In this document: one piece after another, positions 28,249 through 44,173 of the stretch
Layout of the letters: each line of letters starts with the position of its first letter
Numbering within the stretch: the stretch's first letter is position 1
Assembly: GCA_964016885.1 (NCBI GenBank)
Contig: OZ024740.1
Span: 336,412,001-336,476,000 of the forward strand
Origin: Eledone cirrhosa
Taxonomy: Eukaryota
Length of the DNA: 64,000 nucleotides
Direction: 5' to 3'
Made by a program: the position numbers and the translations under genes
The notes under the pieces: model-generated
What the model was told of the DNA's origin: nothing
Seen by the model: only the letters and a program-made list of their open reading frames with translations
Databases searched by the model: none

Positions 28249-28436
28249 ACGAAGGAAATGTGGTAAGGAACCAGGTGGACCATAACGCACCAAAGTACTC
28301 AATACTTAGGGTAGTAGAGTGGGTAATAGGAACGAGTAGGACCCCGACGGCTGAGCTCAAGCCGTTTCGACGGCTAATTCTGGACGGAATTAGCCGTCGA
28401 AACGGCTTGAGCTCAGCCGTCGGGGTCCTACTCGTT

Positions 28437-28441
<5 letters not shown>
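28248..28441 (-). mobile_element. Family P PLE-like end with perfect 55-bp hairpin
   Basis: Arms 28326-28380 / 28387-28441; each arm holds the HHR 3' half GAAA-cggct..agccg-TC-gggg; (TA)n on both sides. Confidence 0.85.
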
Positions 28442-28506
<65 letters not shown>

Positions 28507-28665
28507 GAATTATTTGAATATATATCTTATGAAATATCGTAGCGCCGAAGCGCTGTGTGATTTGAAATTTGAAAATGTGGGAATCCAAAACGCAGAAATT
28601 AACCGCAACAACAGTCGATCACTATAATATAAAATAAAGTTTACAAAATGCTGCAATTTTTATTG

Positions 28666-28727
<62 letters not shown>

Positions 28728-31544
28728 ATACCCTGCACCATCTCTCTCTCCCTCTCTCTCTCTCTCCTCTCTATCTCCCCTCTCCCCTCCTCTCCCCTGC
28801 CGTATCTCTCTCTCCCTGCCCTCACCCTCTCTATACCTTCTCCCTCCCTATCTTTCTCACTAACGAAGAGACATGGAGATGTCGCTATTTACTTTGTCAT
28901 ACGAGATGTGAAATATCTGTCGTTCACCGATAGGTTTGTCATTGAAGCTCTAGCTGTTGCGTTGGCCACCCGCAGGAGCGAGCCACGCGAGTCGGAATGC
29001 CTATTCTATTGCATCTTCCTCGCCATCCTTTTTCCATTCTGTCCGCTGGGACCACAAGGCAGCCTGTGGAGCTGTATGTGTTCGCATCATTGGGGTAGCG
29101 TTGTTTTCACAGTATTAAATTATTTTTTCTCATATTTTCTCTCATTTACCTTATGCATAAGTAACTCAATATATTGAGTCCGAGGTATAATATATTTGAT
29201 ATTTAAGTTCAATTTTGGTTTCTTAATGTATTTTACATGTCTATGGCTAGTGGAGGATTTCGGAAATATATATATTGGTAATTGCACTATCTTCAATTTA
29301 TCTCCTCCTCATTACACAAATACTCATATTTGAATTTTTATTGACATCTTGAGGATCATTTGTCATCTATAGTCGTGTGTGTATATATATTTGCGTTACT
29401 ATGTGTGTGTTTTCGTTTTTCTGTTTGTGTGCGTGTGTGTGTGTGTGCGTGTGTGTATGTAAAAGAAATAAAGATTATTATAAGTAAAAACATAGAACTG
29501 AAGAAAAGACGAAAGGAAGTGAGGGAATAAAGAAGAAGGAAGAGAAAGGGGAATAATTTAAATTAAGGGAAGAGAGAAGAGAGAAAGCGATAATAAAGAA
29601 TACGGGATAAGAAATGGAAAAGAAGAGAATGAAAAATAAAAATTGATAGAAACCATTAGTGGTAATATGCTGTAAGGAGCTTCAATTTCATAGATCAATG
29701 AGGTCTATATATGGAAAGAAGAAACGAGTATTGTTTCTGAAAGAAGATAAATAGTTTGAAAAAGAAATCCTTGAAATTTTATCCAGTCTAAAGCTTGCTA
29801 ACATTTGAACCTATGAAGATGGATTATCTCATTATGCTAAAAAAATGTGTTTATGCACTCTAGAATGAATACAAAGTTATTTAGAGGAAAGTCGTTAATT
29901 AGGATATTAATACTAAAGAAAATAATAATGGAAAGATATTTCTAAATATGCTGGTATCGAAATTCCTGGCAAATAATATGAGAAACTTATATCGAGTTAT
30001 GAAACTTATATCGAGATATGAGCAAATAATTAACTAAACTTTCGAAATGTCTAATAGACTAAAAAATATTGATGGTAAGGTTGAAATGTGAAATATTGCT
30101 AATCATGTAAATAAGTAAAATATATATACACATGCAAACAAACACATACATTAACGCTCTTCCTCACAAAAGTGGAACAAAACGCTGTATAAATCTTAGA
30201 GAAAATCCCTTTAAAAACATTCCTGCAACATAAAAACACATTCAGTTACTCAGAATGACGCCTCAATATTTAATTTTCCTGGCGATATTAACAATTATAA
30301 AATTAATTGTCCCATCATAACACAAATGCCCCCTATATTAATGGCGCCAGATGTGATCTTTATCTCTTGGAGTAGCATAACATCTTATGCAATTTTTCCG
30401 AAATATCATGATTGGTGAGTCCTCGCAGTCCATCGATATTTGTTTAGAAATTTTCAAACAGCAACAAGTTAGGATAGTATAATTCCCAGGAAATTGATTA
30501 GCAATACCCTGCCAGATGATGACATATTTAAAAAAAAGCTATTCAGTTTTTTATCAATACTAAAACTGCATTAACAATGGTCAACTCACTTGCTTTGTGT
30601 GTTTTATACATATAATACTGAAGAGATAAAAATACCACATCTTTTTGCATAAGAATAGACGAATATATTACATGTTTAGCGTACAACTGAATAAATGAAT
30701 GTTCTCGCGTATTTTCTAACATTTTGGGAGCATCCAATCACATCATGTGAGTAATACTACTTCGTTTATGTTTTCGAATATTTTTGTTGATATATTATGA
30801 CACAATTCCTTCTTCAGTCGTTTGAATAATCGCTAATGAATCTCAGAGTAAAGATTCGAGAAGCTTTAATTTCTAATTAAATATTTAAAAATTAACAAAC
30901 GGAGAATTCACCAGTCCATATGAATATATATATTATTTGGTGAACTCGACGTTGTAAACAATGTAATTATGATGGTGGATTTTCGATAGTAGTGAGGGGT
31001 TTGGTGGTGTTGGTGGTGGTGGTGTTGGTGGTGGTATTGGTGGAGGTGTTGGTGGTGGTGGTGGTGATGGGGGGGGGGGGGTTGTGGCGGAGGGGTAACT
31101 AGTACTGGTGGTGGTTGTAGCGGAGGGGGTACTTGGCACTGGTGGTGGTGCTGGTGCTGATGGCAGTGTTTGTTGTTGGGGTGGTGTTGGTGGTGGTGGT
31201 GCTGGTAGTCGGTGTGGTGATGATGAAGATGATGTTCAATATAATTACTGCGATTAATGGAATGGTGGTAAAGAGGAGGGAAGTGGTGCCGAGTGTAAAG
31301 ATCGAATCACTACAACAACGACATCCCCACCGGCATCCCCCATAAACATACACGCACACATTCCCCAATTGTAATGCCTCCCCACCGCCACCACAACCGC
31401 CTACCGCACACCAAACATTTCCTGTTAGTCTAATTACAAATACAATGCCTAGATTGTTCTGATCGCAATTAACCAAACGATGAACTGTCATTCTCCACCT
31501 CTCCTTCGACTCCACTCATTTATGTCATGACTGCAGCCAAATCG

Positions 31545-31613
<69 letters not shown>

Positions 31614-31673
31614 ATACATACACACAATCATAAATACATAGATAATTACAAGCATGCATGTACATATGAACAT

Positions 31674-31761
<88 letters not shown>

Positions 31762-31853
31762 TTGTATATATGTGTGTGCATGTGTGAGGGTATTTTTGTG
31801 TGTGCATGTATGTGTATATACATATATATAGATATAGATATGTATATATATAG

Positions 31854-31916
<63 letters not shown>

Positions 31917-31972
31917 ACACACAAACACACACACAAACACACACAAACAAACACACACACACACACACACAC

Positions 31973-32017
<45 letters not shown>

Positions 32018-32145
32018 AATCTAAATATGGCGTCTCCGAACCCTTAATTCGCTCCAGTTCATGAAACCTCTGGGGTGATGAGAAAATAACATGGACAGTT
32101 AACAGAATTAGCCAAGGGGAAACAAGCAGGCTGCTATCACTCCCA

Positions 32146-32497
32146 TTACCACCGCCATTACCACCGCCATTACCAACGCCATTACCACCGCCATTGCCAC
32201 CGCCATTACCACCGCCATTGCCAGCACCTTCATCACTATAACCGCTATCGTTCTCATCATCAACATGGACATTACCACCACCATCACCACCATCACTGCT
32301 ATCGTTCCCACCATCATGGATATTAACATCACCTCCATCACCTCCATCACCTCCATCACCAACATCACCAACATCACCAACATCACCTCCATCACCTCCA
32401 TCACCAACATCACCAACATCACCAACACCACCAACATCACCAACATCACCAACATCACCAACATCACCAACATCACCAACATCACCAACAACATCAC
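32146..32497. repeat. 12-bp (attaccaccgcc) and 9-bp (caccaacat/cacctccat) minisatellites
   Basis: Direct reading. Confidence 0.85.
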
Positions 32498-32634
32498 CTC
32501 GAGTTAGTTCAAGCCCAAAGCTTATTAATTGAGACAAACTTCAGGTCATAGCAATAATTGTAATATTGATAGTAACAACAACAACAACAATCGCAGCACT
32601 GCCATTGTATGTATGTGTATGTATGTATATATAC

Positions 32635-32796
<162 letters not shown>

Positions 32797-32860
32797 TATA
32801 TATATACACACATATATATATATATATTATATATATATACACACATATATATATATACAC

Positions 32861-32891
<31 letters not shown>

Positions 32892-33131
32892 ATATATTAT
32901 ATTATATTATATATATATATATATACATTTATATATATATATATAAACATATGTATATATATTAAAGATATATATACAAATATAATTTAATGCGCAAATG
33001 TGAAGATAATTTTCCTATTGACATGTGATGCAAACATTAAATCAAAAACACAAACATACACACACATACCCGTGCATATACACACGTACCCATGCACATG
33101 CATACGTTCTCATACATATGTGAATATATAC

Positions 33132-33268
<137 letters not shown>

Positions 33269-33589
33269 GATAGATAGATATATATAGAGATATATGTGAG
33301 TGTATCTATGTGTATAGATATATGTGTATATGTATATGTGCATGCATGTGAATGTGCGGGATAGAAAGGGGAGAATTAAGAGGAAAGGTGGAAGATATCG
33401 GCATACAGCAGGAGGAGTGAGCTATACAATTATCAATTAATAATACAGACATACACGTTTCTTTCTCTCTCTCTCTCTCCTCTCTGTCTTTCTCTCTGTC
33501 TCTCTGTCTCTCTCTCTGTCTCTCTGTCTCTCTCTCACTCTCTCTCACACTCTCTCTCTCTCTCCTTCTGTGTCAGGGGCGTGTTGTTG

Positions 33590-33970
33590 TTGGTGGTGGC
33601 AGTGGCATGGTTGTGGTGGCGGTGACAGTAGCTGTGGTGGTGGTGGTGGCGGCGGTTGCGTTGGCGGTGCTGGTGGTGGTGGTGGTGGTGGTGGTGGCGG
33701 CGGCGGCGGCGGTTGTGTTAGCGGTGATGGTGGTGGCGGTGATGGTGGTGGTGGTGGTGGTGGTGGTGGTGGTGGTGGTGGTGGTGGTGGTGATGGTCGT
33801 GATGGTGGTGGTGGTGGTGGTGGCGGTTGCGTTGGCTGTGATGGTGGTGGTGGTGGTGGTGGTGGTGATAGTGGCGGTGGCGGCGGTGGCTGTGTTTGTG
33901 GTGGTGGCGGCGGCGTTGTCTGCGGTGGCAGTGGTGGTGGTGGTGGTGGTGCTGCTGCTGCTACTGCTGC
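33590..33970. repeat. (GGT/GGC)n tract
   Basis: Direct reading. Confidence 0.9.
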
Positions 33971-34211
33971 TGGTGTACCGTTATTGCTGGTGTTGCTACT
34001 GTTGTTTATATTCTTCTTGTTGCTGTTTCTGATATTGTACTGTCACTGATGTTGACTGTCGACATTGTTGCTGTTGATGTTGTTGTTGTTGTTGCTTTTG
34101 TTTTTTCTTGTTGATGATGATGTTGTTGTTATTGTTGTTGCTAATTCCTTTTAGTGTGAGGGGAGTCATTTGGAAATTTAATTTTAGTTAGCAGATAAAT
34201 TCTTGTTTGCG

Positions 34212-34299
<88 letters not shown>

Positions 34300-34992
34300 T
34301 TGTGTGTGAGAGTATTTTCAAATGTGATATGTATGTAAATATTAGTGTATGTAGTGAGTGTGGTTTGTGTTTGTGTGTGTGTGTTTGTGTGCGTCTATGT
34401 GTGTGTGTATGTATTTGTGTGTGAGAGTATTTTCAAATGTGATATGTATGTAAGTATTAGTGTATGTAGTGAGTGTGTCTATATGTACTATTTTACAATT
34501 ACAATATAAAATGGTACACGAGTCTAAAAGAGAGGACATGTGTATGAGAATGTAAGTGTGTGTGTGATATTGTTTGGTGAATGGATAAGTGTGAGTGTCT
34601 GTGCGTGAGGGAGTTTCTATGTGTTTGTGCCTGTGCAGTGTGTATGTATTAGTATTAATGTGTATGTCACTACGTGTCTATATGTTAAACTGAAAGCAAG
34701 TTTATGTATGAAATAATAGATTCCTTACAGTAAAACACGACCGTCACCACAACGACAACTACCACTACCACAACAGCTTCTGCTATAATTAATTCCATCA
34801 TCATCATCATCATCACCACCATCATCATCACCATCATCATCATCACCATCATCATCACCATCATCATTATCACCATCATCACCAGCCCTAGTATTTTCAC
34901 CAAGCATCAGGCTCTCTTTACTATGACTATTGTCGCCGCCACAATCATGGCACTACCAGCATCCATACCAATAACATTCCTACCTCTGGCAT

Positions 34993-35183
34993 AATAATTG
35001 TTTCTACTTTGGGCACAAGGCCAGCAAATCAGCCAGTACATTACTGGTACTTTATTTTATCGACCCGTAAGGATGAAAGGCAAAGTGAACCTCGGCGGGA
35101 TTTGAACTCAGACCGTAGAGGGACGTAACTCAATGCTGAAAAGCATGGTGACCGACTCTCTACTGATACTGCCAATCCACCGT
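34993..35183 (-). mobile_element. Full-length SINE (family A) with TSD
   Basis: TSD cctctggcataa at 34983-34994 and 35184-35195. Confidence 0.85.
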
Positions 35184-35599
35184 CCTCTGGCATAACAATG
35201 TTACTACTACAACGACAACACCCTCACCAATACGCCATGCACGACACGACACAACGAATGACCATCGACGTGGTCACAAGATCCATGAGAAATAGCAAAT
35301 GTCAAATCAAATCCCTCCAATGTCTTACAGAAAGACACAGTTGATTATATGGCCCTCCGTTCCCTGATAGGCTCGATCGTAGTTGCCTGGGGTTAAAAAA
35401 CAGTAACGTTATCACTATACCACCCTATATATCCATGTACTTAAGTCCCTGCCCCACTTCTGACATAACTGATCATTGGTTTGTATCTGGAAAATTCTTC
35501 TCCTACCCTGACCAATGTGTTTCGTAGAAGTCCTGCAGTCACCTGTACATACTAGTCTCCCTTCCCTACGTCATCGTTGTTGTTCAAGAGAAAGGCAAA

Positions 35600-35770
35600 G
35601 AAAAAAACAGTTTAATACTGGTGTCGTCTCAACGCATTTATCCCCCAGCTGAATGGAGTGGATCAACGTGAAATAAAATGTCTTGCTCAAAGACGCATTG
35701 CATTGCCTGGTCCGAGAATTGAACTCACGAATTAATGATCAGGAGCCGAACACCCTTACTACTACGTCTA
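35600..35770 (-). mobile_element. Diverged tRNA-derived SINE (second family)
   Basis: gtgaaataaaatgtcttgctcaa..gagaattgaactcacga (reverse B-box); similar to 48380-48485. Confidence 0.5.
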
Positions 35771-36175
35771 CATTACTATATCAACAACATAACCACTATC
35801 GCCACCACTTCACTGACATTACCTCCACCAATTCTACCATCACTACTAACACGGTAGCACTCTCTCAACAATGAGCATAACCATTATCACAGCATCAATC
35901 CCAGCATTTCTCTTCCACCACTAACACATCTATCGCAATTTTGGGGGATATGAGACGAACTGATACATAACACGGTATTTTAAAAAATGCATTTTTAGAC
36001 GAAAAATATCAAAGTTTGTACTAGGTATAAAAATAACGAAACTGTGCACACACATACATATATATATATGTATATGTGTATATATATATATTTATATATA
36101 TATATATATACACGCGCACGTACACACGTAATCACACACACTCACACACACAACACACACACACACAAACACATA

Positions 36176-36930
36176 TCTTATATATATAAAGACGAATTTT
36201 CTGTATGTGTGTGTATGTGTGTGTGGACAATTTTTAATGAGGGGTCATATATTCTAAACCATTCATGCGATTTCTTTGAAATTTTTTACAGAGCTTCTCC
36301 TTGCAAAACCTGTACATGATCTACAAAGGCTTTCAAAAATCGATATTGGAGTTTTTGGAGACATTAAAAAAGTTTCGGTTATTTGTGTCAATTTTCGTAA
36401 GACAAGAGTTATCTTTAAGTAAGACAAGACTTATCTTTCGTAATTCGGCTCATTCGGATTTTAATTTACTCTTTCTACTTGAAACAAAAGGTACGCTTCC
36501 TTGAGACTAACAATATCATTTTGTATATTTCACAACCAGCAATTTCTAACAGATTACTAAGTTAAGTTATAGATTTGACATTGTATAATTTATCGTTTCA
36601 AGCTTGATGTTCATACATTAAGTGATGTCATAACTTTTACAATAGTATGCTTTGTACATAATAGTGTCTATTATTCACTTCACTTCTCTGTTTCATGATG
36701 CGCTTTTACTGTTGTCAAAAAAGTGTATACTTAGACTGAATTTCTGTTGTTACATGGTATAACGGATGACACCGAGCTCATATATTAATTATTTCGCTGG
36801 AATAGTGCCTAAGGTTTTCATGTTTACATAAAGTACGTTTTTCTTCTATGTATTCAAATTTACTTTGTTTAGTTTAATGAGCTACATCGAAAGCTACTTG
36901 AACCGTCCAAAGGACGGGTAGTTTAGCTAG
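36176..36930 (+). mobile_element. Non-autonomous Helitron
   Basis: 5' a|TCTTATATATATAAAG with (GT) tract; 3' hairpin ccgtcc-aaa-ggacgg about 9 nt before CTAG|t; A|T insertion, no TSD. Confidence 0.8.
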
Positions 36931-37189
36931 TAAATATATATATATATATATATATTAACTGTAACCCGACTCGGCTCTCCACAGCAGTCCACCTATTCCA
37001 TCTAAGATGCCCTGCAAATATAAAAGCTTTTACTATCTTGTATGAGATGTGTAACTCAGATATGCTATTAATCAAGGATGTAGAGTTTGCTTTTTTTTCT
37101 CCTATTCTTTTCCCTTGATTTAGCTTTTGCTGCGAAAATTTGAAAAACTTGATGAAATACATATTAAAAAAATATTTTCATTTTAAAAT

Positions 37190-39250
37190 TGGACTTGGAG
37201 ATTTCTTACTTTTGCAGTAATATCGTCAAAATTTTATTTAAATGTCCTTAAATTCGGTGTTGAAAATTTTTTCTTGGCTTATTGAAGCTATCAAGTGTGA
37301 TAAAATAAATTATAACTAGAAGATGGCATATAACTACCAACGGAAATTGTAACATTGAGCATTATCTAAATAGCTACTCACGAATTGGGGAGGAGACATT
37401 TTTATCCTTATATTGAGTGATAAACTTGAGAAATTCTTTGGATTTAGGAATCTAAATATTTGGGTGACTTTTTTCAGAACCATCTTATAATGCAGCAGTT
37501 CTTTATAAAGCTGAAATCTATCTATATTAGTGCTATAAAACACTCTGCTAAATGGAAACGACTTTCTTTATGATATTTACATTATGAACGCTGTTGCTGT
37601 CCTTTAAAGCCAAACAATAATCCTCTAATATCTAAACGAAATCAAAATTTTGAATCCAAGTCATGGAGACAGACAATTTTTTTCCATTTAATTATGGAGA
37701 CGATCAATAGTTTCTTTCGTTATTCTCGTCATTTCTTCTTTTGCAGTTAACCCCACGTCCTTGGCTTTTCATTAGAGATTTGTTTCTTTTTTCTGAGGCG
37801 TCTTTCTATTTGAATATCCCATTTATCGTATAGTTTCATTCCAGCTTCAAATGATAGACTGTTTAATGATCCTCGACTGCTTAAAAATAATACTAAAAAG
37901 CCTTTAAATCCCAAGCAACATCAAACAGTTATGGTGTAGTCTTGGAATTAATTTTTAGCACGAATCAGAATTTTATTCCAAAATCCAAGAGAAACCAAGG
38001 AATTAAATAAAATTTGATTCATCCCTTGCCCTACATCACCTCTGGTAACATCGATTTTCTTTTGATCATCAATAATGTTTTGTAAAATTTACACTATAAT
38101 ATCAAAGTATTCATGAACTGCTTTGCCAGTTCCTGTCCAAACTTAATAACTGTTACTATGACGTATTTCAACTTTTGTCAGCGATGAGTTGAGCAGGTAA
38201 AGAATAAATACTGAATCGCACTGGAAAAAGTTACTATCAATGCATCGTTGTTAGCAACACGCATTCCAACCAAATTAATAGAATGATTGTCATCGTTTAT
38301 AAATATAGCTATACAATTTTTCCATTTTCTGTTGAACACCACTTTTTATAACAAGCCATCATTGCTGCAGTCATAACATTGGGATCAACAGTTCTATAAT
38401 GACATTTTGTCTTTTACGAGTTGTTCCAAAATCATTTTCACGATGTTTTCATCGTTCTTTCGTTTTAATTGGATAAATCCTAGAAAAGTCTCTTTTATAA
38501 AAGTTGTTTTCTCCTTAAAATCAATATCAACATAGTGAATTGTTTCCGCCATTTTCTTTCGATGTGCTTGATCTAAAACAGAATCAAACATGAGGGCAAA
38601 ATACTTGGCCTTATAAATGCTGTGTAGCAATTTCTGATAAACAGCAGAAGCCATCAGCTGAATACATTCATGCTGCGCTAACGGACATAAATATGATATT
38701 CTTCCAATCTTCCTTTCAATATTACTAGAATGTTCTTTTGTAACAGGATCAAAGTTTACCAACAATTTTAATAATCAAAACAATTTCGAAAATTGCTTTC
38801 CTTTTCCTGTTTTGGGGAATCCTTGTGAACACGCAATGCAAGGATTTAAGTTACTAAAAAAATGTATGCAATGGAGAATTTTGTGGAGAACATCTCGTCA
38901 TCTATTGTTTCTCTGGTGCAATTTGATCTTGATGCTTTATATTCATCATCCTATTTTCTATAAGATCTCTTTCTCTTTCCTTCTATTAGCAGAAGCAATG
39001 ACGATATATTTTGCCTTTTCATTGGTTTCCAATTGTAGAATCTATTTTCATTTTCCAATTGAAAATTCGTGAAAATTGCGTATAAAAGTAGAAGCTGTTT
39101 TATTTTCTAGAGATTTAATACGCCATGGGCACCAAATCTTTTCCATTTATCGATTTCCCAGCATAGCTTTAAACTATCTTTCATTGACTGACCGGCTTTG
39201 TGTAGAAACAATTTATTTTAAAATACTTCGAACCCAATCTAACCATTTCT
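37190..39250 (-). pseudogene. Decayed hAT transposase (Tip100/ZMYM1-like)
   Basis: ORF 38394-38765 FDPV..H..SYL..Q.E.I.L.A..AKYFALMFDS..D.AH..ETFLGF; downstream QCYD..AAMM..GVQ motif and a hATC-like tail; many disablements. Confidence 0.8.
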
Positions 39251-39841
39251 ATCCACTGATTGTTTATATTTTATCAAACTTGACACCGCGTCGTGCTGCT
39301 GAATTGTAACTGGTATAGACTATCCTACTAAATGTGTATGTGGTAGTAAGATTCCTGTTCTTCTGATTTTTGGAGTGTGTTGTCACCCGCTTTGTAGCTA
39401 TTATTCCCGGGTTCCCTCTGAGGTGGAAGTATCTGTTGGAGCCCCTTCTATGAATCAAGTAAATATGTCGTTATACTGAGTCCCCAGCTGACGAATAAAA
39501 AATGGCCTTCATATATGAGGCTGCGATTATCTTAAGAACGTACAGTCTTGGATCAAATACTAGTTGTAGATGCCAAACTAAACAGGGTTACGTTCGTCTA
39601 CAGGAGTAAACGTCAGCACAAAAATCCATCTCTATGTTGTTACGTAGTTGTCGCAAGCTTCAAAATACAGATGATTTGGATCACTTCGTCAGCTGTCGTC
39701 GAGACATATACAGAGGGAACATGTCAATAATGGAGAAACTAATCCGCCAGGGAAAAATGAAATGTTGCTAATATAATCTACTGAACGGCCGAGATTGACT
39801 TGAACGGAAGTTTGACCTAAATAAGTATATATACTGGTATG

Positions 39842-39891
<50 letters not shown>

Positions 39892-41450
39892 CTCGGAGAA
39901 AGCTAAAAGCGATACTCCGGCCAAATTCCAGCTCACTCAACAAACATTAGGAAATACCTGAGTATATTCCTAATTAAACGTTCGGGGTGCTAACTAATTG
40001 TATTGTGTGGAAAATTGGCTGTATTATTTCATATGAGATATATATATTAACACACCTCCACCCAAACTTTGCCAGCAGACCCCACCACCACTCAGAAATG
40101 CACACAGATCTACCGCTTACTTAAGCACATGTGCTGACGGGGCCACACTTAAATACACATACCATCACTCAACAACACATAATTAACTGTACATGTAGTC
40201 AGAGCATAAGCAGCTCATCTTACACCAACCCAAGCTGCACATCCAACCTTTAAGTCACACAGGTTTACTCCTAAATAGATTCGCATCACAACACTATTCC
40301 AATAACGGTATTAAAACGACAATACTCGTCTATGTAATTCCATCACAGAACTATCAATATCTAATTGCACGCGGGCAGCCCCCTCCCCCACCGCAACCCC
40401 GGAGCATACATAGGTTCCAAAGTCAAACATAGCCGAACACATTGCATAACAAATAAATAGTAATTATCCGCATCACCTATTTCACTATAAATACAAGAAA
40501 TATCATCACTACCACCCACAAACAACCGCTCACATACGCACATACACATCTGTAGACCGACACAAACACACATACATACAAGCTCAATAAGTACCGTATA
40601 TACACACTCAGCACACAAACAGTAACTGTTACAAAACATTCTAATTTACAAACACTAGCATACATACTAATATAATAAGTGTCATATACACCTACATTCG
40701 CACCCATAACTTCCCCACACACATGCATTTAACTCCATAGTATCAGAACTATTCTAATTAAAATGTTTTTGTTTTTATAATCAAATGATTACTTCTGACC
40801 GTAATTTAAGGTAATTTAAGTTAGCTTAATTACCAGTAACAAATACAAAAAGAACTCGAACTAATAAACCCACTCGAAATTACAAAAACAATATCGACTA
40901 GATTATCTGAGATCTTTGAGATAACTAAGAAATAACTCCACTTGTTGACATATATTTAATTTGTCAATCGGTAATAAGCAAATCTTTGACAGTGTGGCCT
41001 CAATTCCATAGCTCTGTTGTCTGAAAATCGAGATAAACATACCTGCTGGGAGACATACATACTCACTCACCCTCATATATCTTCGATAAATATAATTCTA
41101 CCTCCTCTTAACAATTATTCTATTTCAAGTGGAACATACAGATACACACGGATGCGCACATAGATACACACATACATATTCACACTTACAAAGCTACATA
41201 CCTACACACAACCACTCCCTAAACATATAAAAATGTATGTATGTGTGTCTCTATCTATAAAATACAATCAATTCATTCTAAAACTCTTCTATGAAGAAAA
41301 TTTACAATTGGATGGTTAGTTTATACCTCTTATATGGACAGATCACGAACCTTATGATACAGCCAGTCAACCATGAGGCCTTTAAGCAAACAACCTGAAA
41401 CTAGTTGTTGAAACGGCAAGCGCTTAGCCGTCGGATCCTGGTTCTTTGCA

Positions 41451-41570
<120 letters not shown>

Positions 41571-41574
41571 AGAT

Positions 41575-41692
41575 TCAGAACCCCGACGGTTGAGCTCCGG
41601 CCGTTTCGACAGCTAGATGCGAACATATTACCCACACTACTACACCAAGTATCGAGTATTCTGGTGCGTTATGGTCCACACTCTCTTTGTTA
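41575..41692. mobile_element. Rearranged family P fragment (inverted HHR half joined to 3' end)
   Basis: accccgacgg..gccgtttcgacagcta followed by attaccca..tctggtgcgttatggtccac. Confidence 0.6.
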
Positions 41693-41941
41693 TATATATA
41701 TATATACATATATATATATACAAAGATCGGAATTAAGAGTATTCCGCAGTTCACTGTAATAATAATAATAGTATTAGCTCAAAGAAGAATAGAGAATTTC
41801 CTTCTGAGCTCAAATGCAAGTATATATTACACAAAGAGAAGTGTGTTACACAGTGAGATGTGTGTAAAGAATTATTACGAGTGATTTTACCGTTACTGTA
41901 TAGAGATTTGATTCTGAATTGGTTTTTTTTCTATTTAATTG

Positions 41942-42005
<64 letters not shown>

Positions 42006-42237
42006 GGGGGTGGTTCCACAACACTGGCGCCAAGCTGCATCAGCGTTTGCCTTTCCCTTGAACAACACCGGTGGCGTGCAGAGGGGAGACTGGTCTTCCA
42101 CAAAACAACTTTGCTCAAACTTGTGCCTTGGAAGGGACCTTTCTAATTGCAAATCATATGGTCATTCATGATCGAAGGGGTCTCTAATGTAAGTATGTAT
42201 ATATGTATATATGTAAGTATGTATATATGTATGTCTC

Positions 42238-42530
42238 ATGGTCGGGTCGTCGGTGACTATGGGATGAAATACAAAACCCGGCAAAGGGCGGATGAACTCA
42301 GCAGAGCCAACGGCCATCCAAATAGTTTGTTTTTTTCACCTTGGAGTGAAAGGCTCCCAGTTGTTGTCACAACACCTTTCTAGGAGGGAGAAACTCTGAA
42401 AAAAAAAACCTGCGGATTCGGAAGCGTCTGATGATGTTGACCAGTTCTCCTTTTCGATGCTCTGACAGTGGGATTGGTCGAGTGCAAGGCCTTTCCCCAC
42501 TTAAAAAACCTTCAAAGCACAGGCATTGCT
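42238..42530 (+). mobile_element. RTE-derived element 5' part, related to 6385-7680
   Basis: aaagggc..caacggccatcc..gaaactctga..gatgatgttgac..agtgggattgg..ccccacttaaaaaacc..caggcattgc. Confidence 0.6.
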
Positions 42531-43269
42531 TGTTCAGGATATGTTACAGCTTTGTGTGGCTGGCGGTAGCCTAAAAGTGCACCAAACTCAATAATCTGAC
42601 AAACGATTGCAGTACTCTTAGCAGAGTTTGCAGCTATCATGTATGTATGTATGTATTGTATGTATTGTATGTATTGTATCTATGTATGTATGCATGTGTG
42701 TATGTATGCATGTATGTATGTATGATACTACAATTCTACTGTTTGTATATTTGTGTCTTATTTTTCTTCCGGAAACGTAGCTCAAACGGTCCGTTGTACA
42801 CAAAAAATATTTTGATTTATGTTTTCTTAAATACATGCATTAAATAATTTGCATTAAATTTAATGAAATACAACTATTGCAACAAAAAATTGTATTTTAT
42901 TATATAAATCAATAATTACGAACAGCTATTACAGGAAGTCATTACAATACATACAAGCACGCGCGTCCATATACCTACACACACGCACTCACTCACACAT
43001 ACACCGACACACATAAACGTCACATAACGACCAAATCGACTTGCTGCAGCCAGTATATGTGTGCGTGTTTGCGTGTGTGTGTGTACGTATGTATGTGTGT
43101 GAGTGAGTGTTTGTGCGTCTATGTAATGTGTGTCTGTGTGAGTGAGTGTTTGTGCATGTCTGTGTGTGTGTGTGTGAGTGAGTGAGTGTTTGTGCATGTC
43201 TGTGTGTGTGAGAAAGAGAGAATGTGAGTGTTTGTGCGTGTATGTGCCTGTGTGCGTGTGTGTGTGTGT

Positions 43270-43374
<105 letters not shown>

Positions 43375-43515
43375 TGTGTGTGCGTGTATGTGAATGTGTG
43401 TGTGTGTGTGAGTGTTTGTGCATGTCTACGTGTGTGTATGTGTGAGAGAGAGAGAGTGGGATAGAGAGTGTGAGTGTTTGTGCGTGTATGTGCCTCTGTG
43501 TGTGTGTATGTGCCT

Positions 43516-43597
<82 letters not shown>

Positions 43598-43829
43598 ATA
43601 TCTGTGTTCATGGGCCGTAAAATAACGGTTCGACAATAAAGAGATCAATAAAATAAGTACCAGATTTGAAAAAAATAGGTACTGGGGTCGATGTGATCGA
43701 CTAAAATCAAGGTGATGCCCCAGCATGGCCGCTGTCTAATGACTGAAACTTATAAAAGAATAAAAGGATAATGTTTTATTGGATTTTCTATTGACACAAT
43801 CAAGATTTCGCTAAAATATACTATTATTG

Positions 43830-44173
43830 AAATAATTGTTTCTACTTTTGGCACAAGGCCAGCAATTACCCAGTGCAATACTGGTACTTTATTTTATCGA
43901 CCCCGGAAGGATGAAAGGCAAAGTTAACCTATTATTGAAATAATACCTGATATTTCTCTGAACGTTGTGTATTATTTTTATTATCGGTGGATTGGCAGTA
44001 TCGGTAGAGGGTCTGACGCCATGCTTTGCAGCAAAGAGTTACGTCCCTTTATGATCTGAGTTCAAATCCCGTCGAGGTTAACTTTGCCGTTCATCCTTAC
44101 GGGGTCGATAAAATAAAGTACCAGTAATGTACTGGGTAATTGCTGGTCTTGTGCCAAAAGTAGAAACAATTAT
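43830..44173. mobile_element. Two family A SINEs in inverted orientation
   Basis: 43830-43930(-), 5'-truncated, 16-bp TSD ctattattgaaataat (43821, 43929); 43985-44173(+), full length. Confidence 0.85.

Noticed and set aside
30240-30870. Decayed transposase (NIDGL-like motif)
   Set aside because: Single short motif amid stops; not enough support
31488-32537. 349-aa Gly/Asp-rich ORF
   Set aside because: Runs through minisatellites and (TA)n/(CA)n tracts
41385-41445. Complete family P hammerhead
   Set aside because: Stem II, GAAA, stem III and TC are present but the CUGANGA core is unrecognisable
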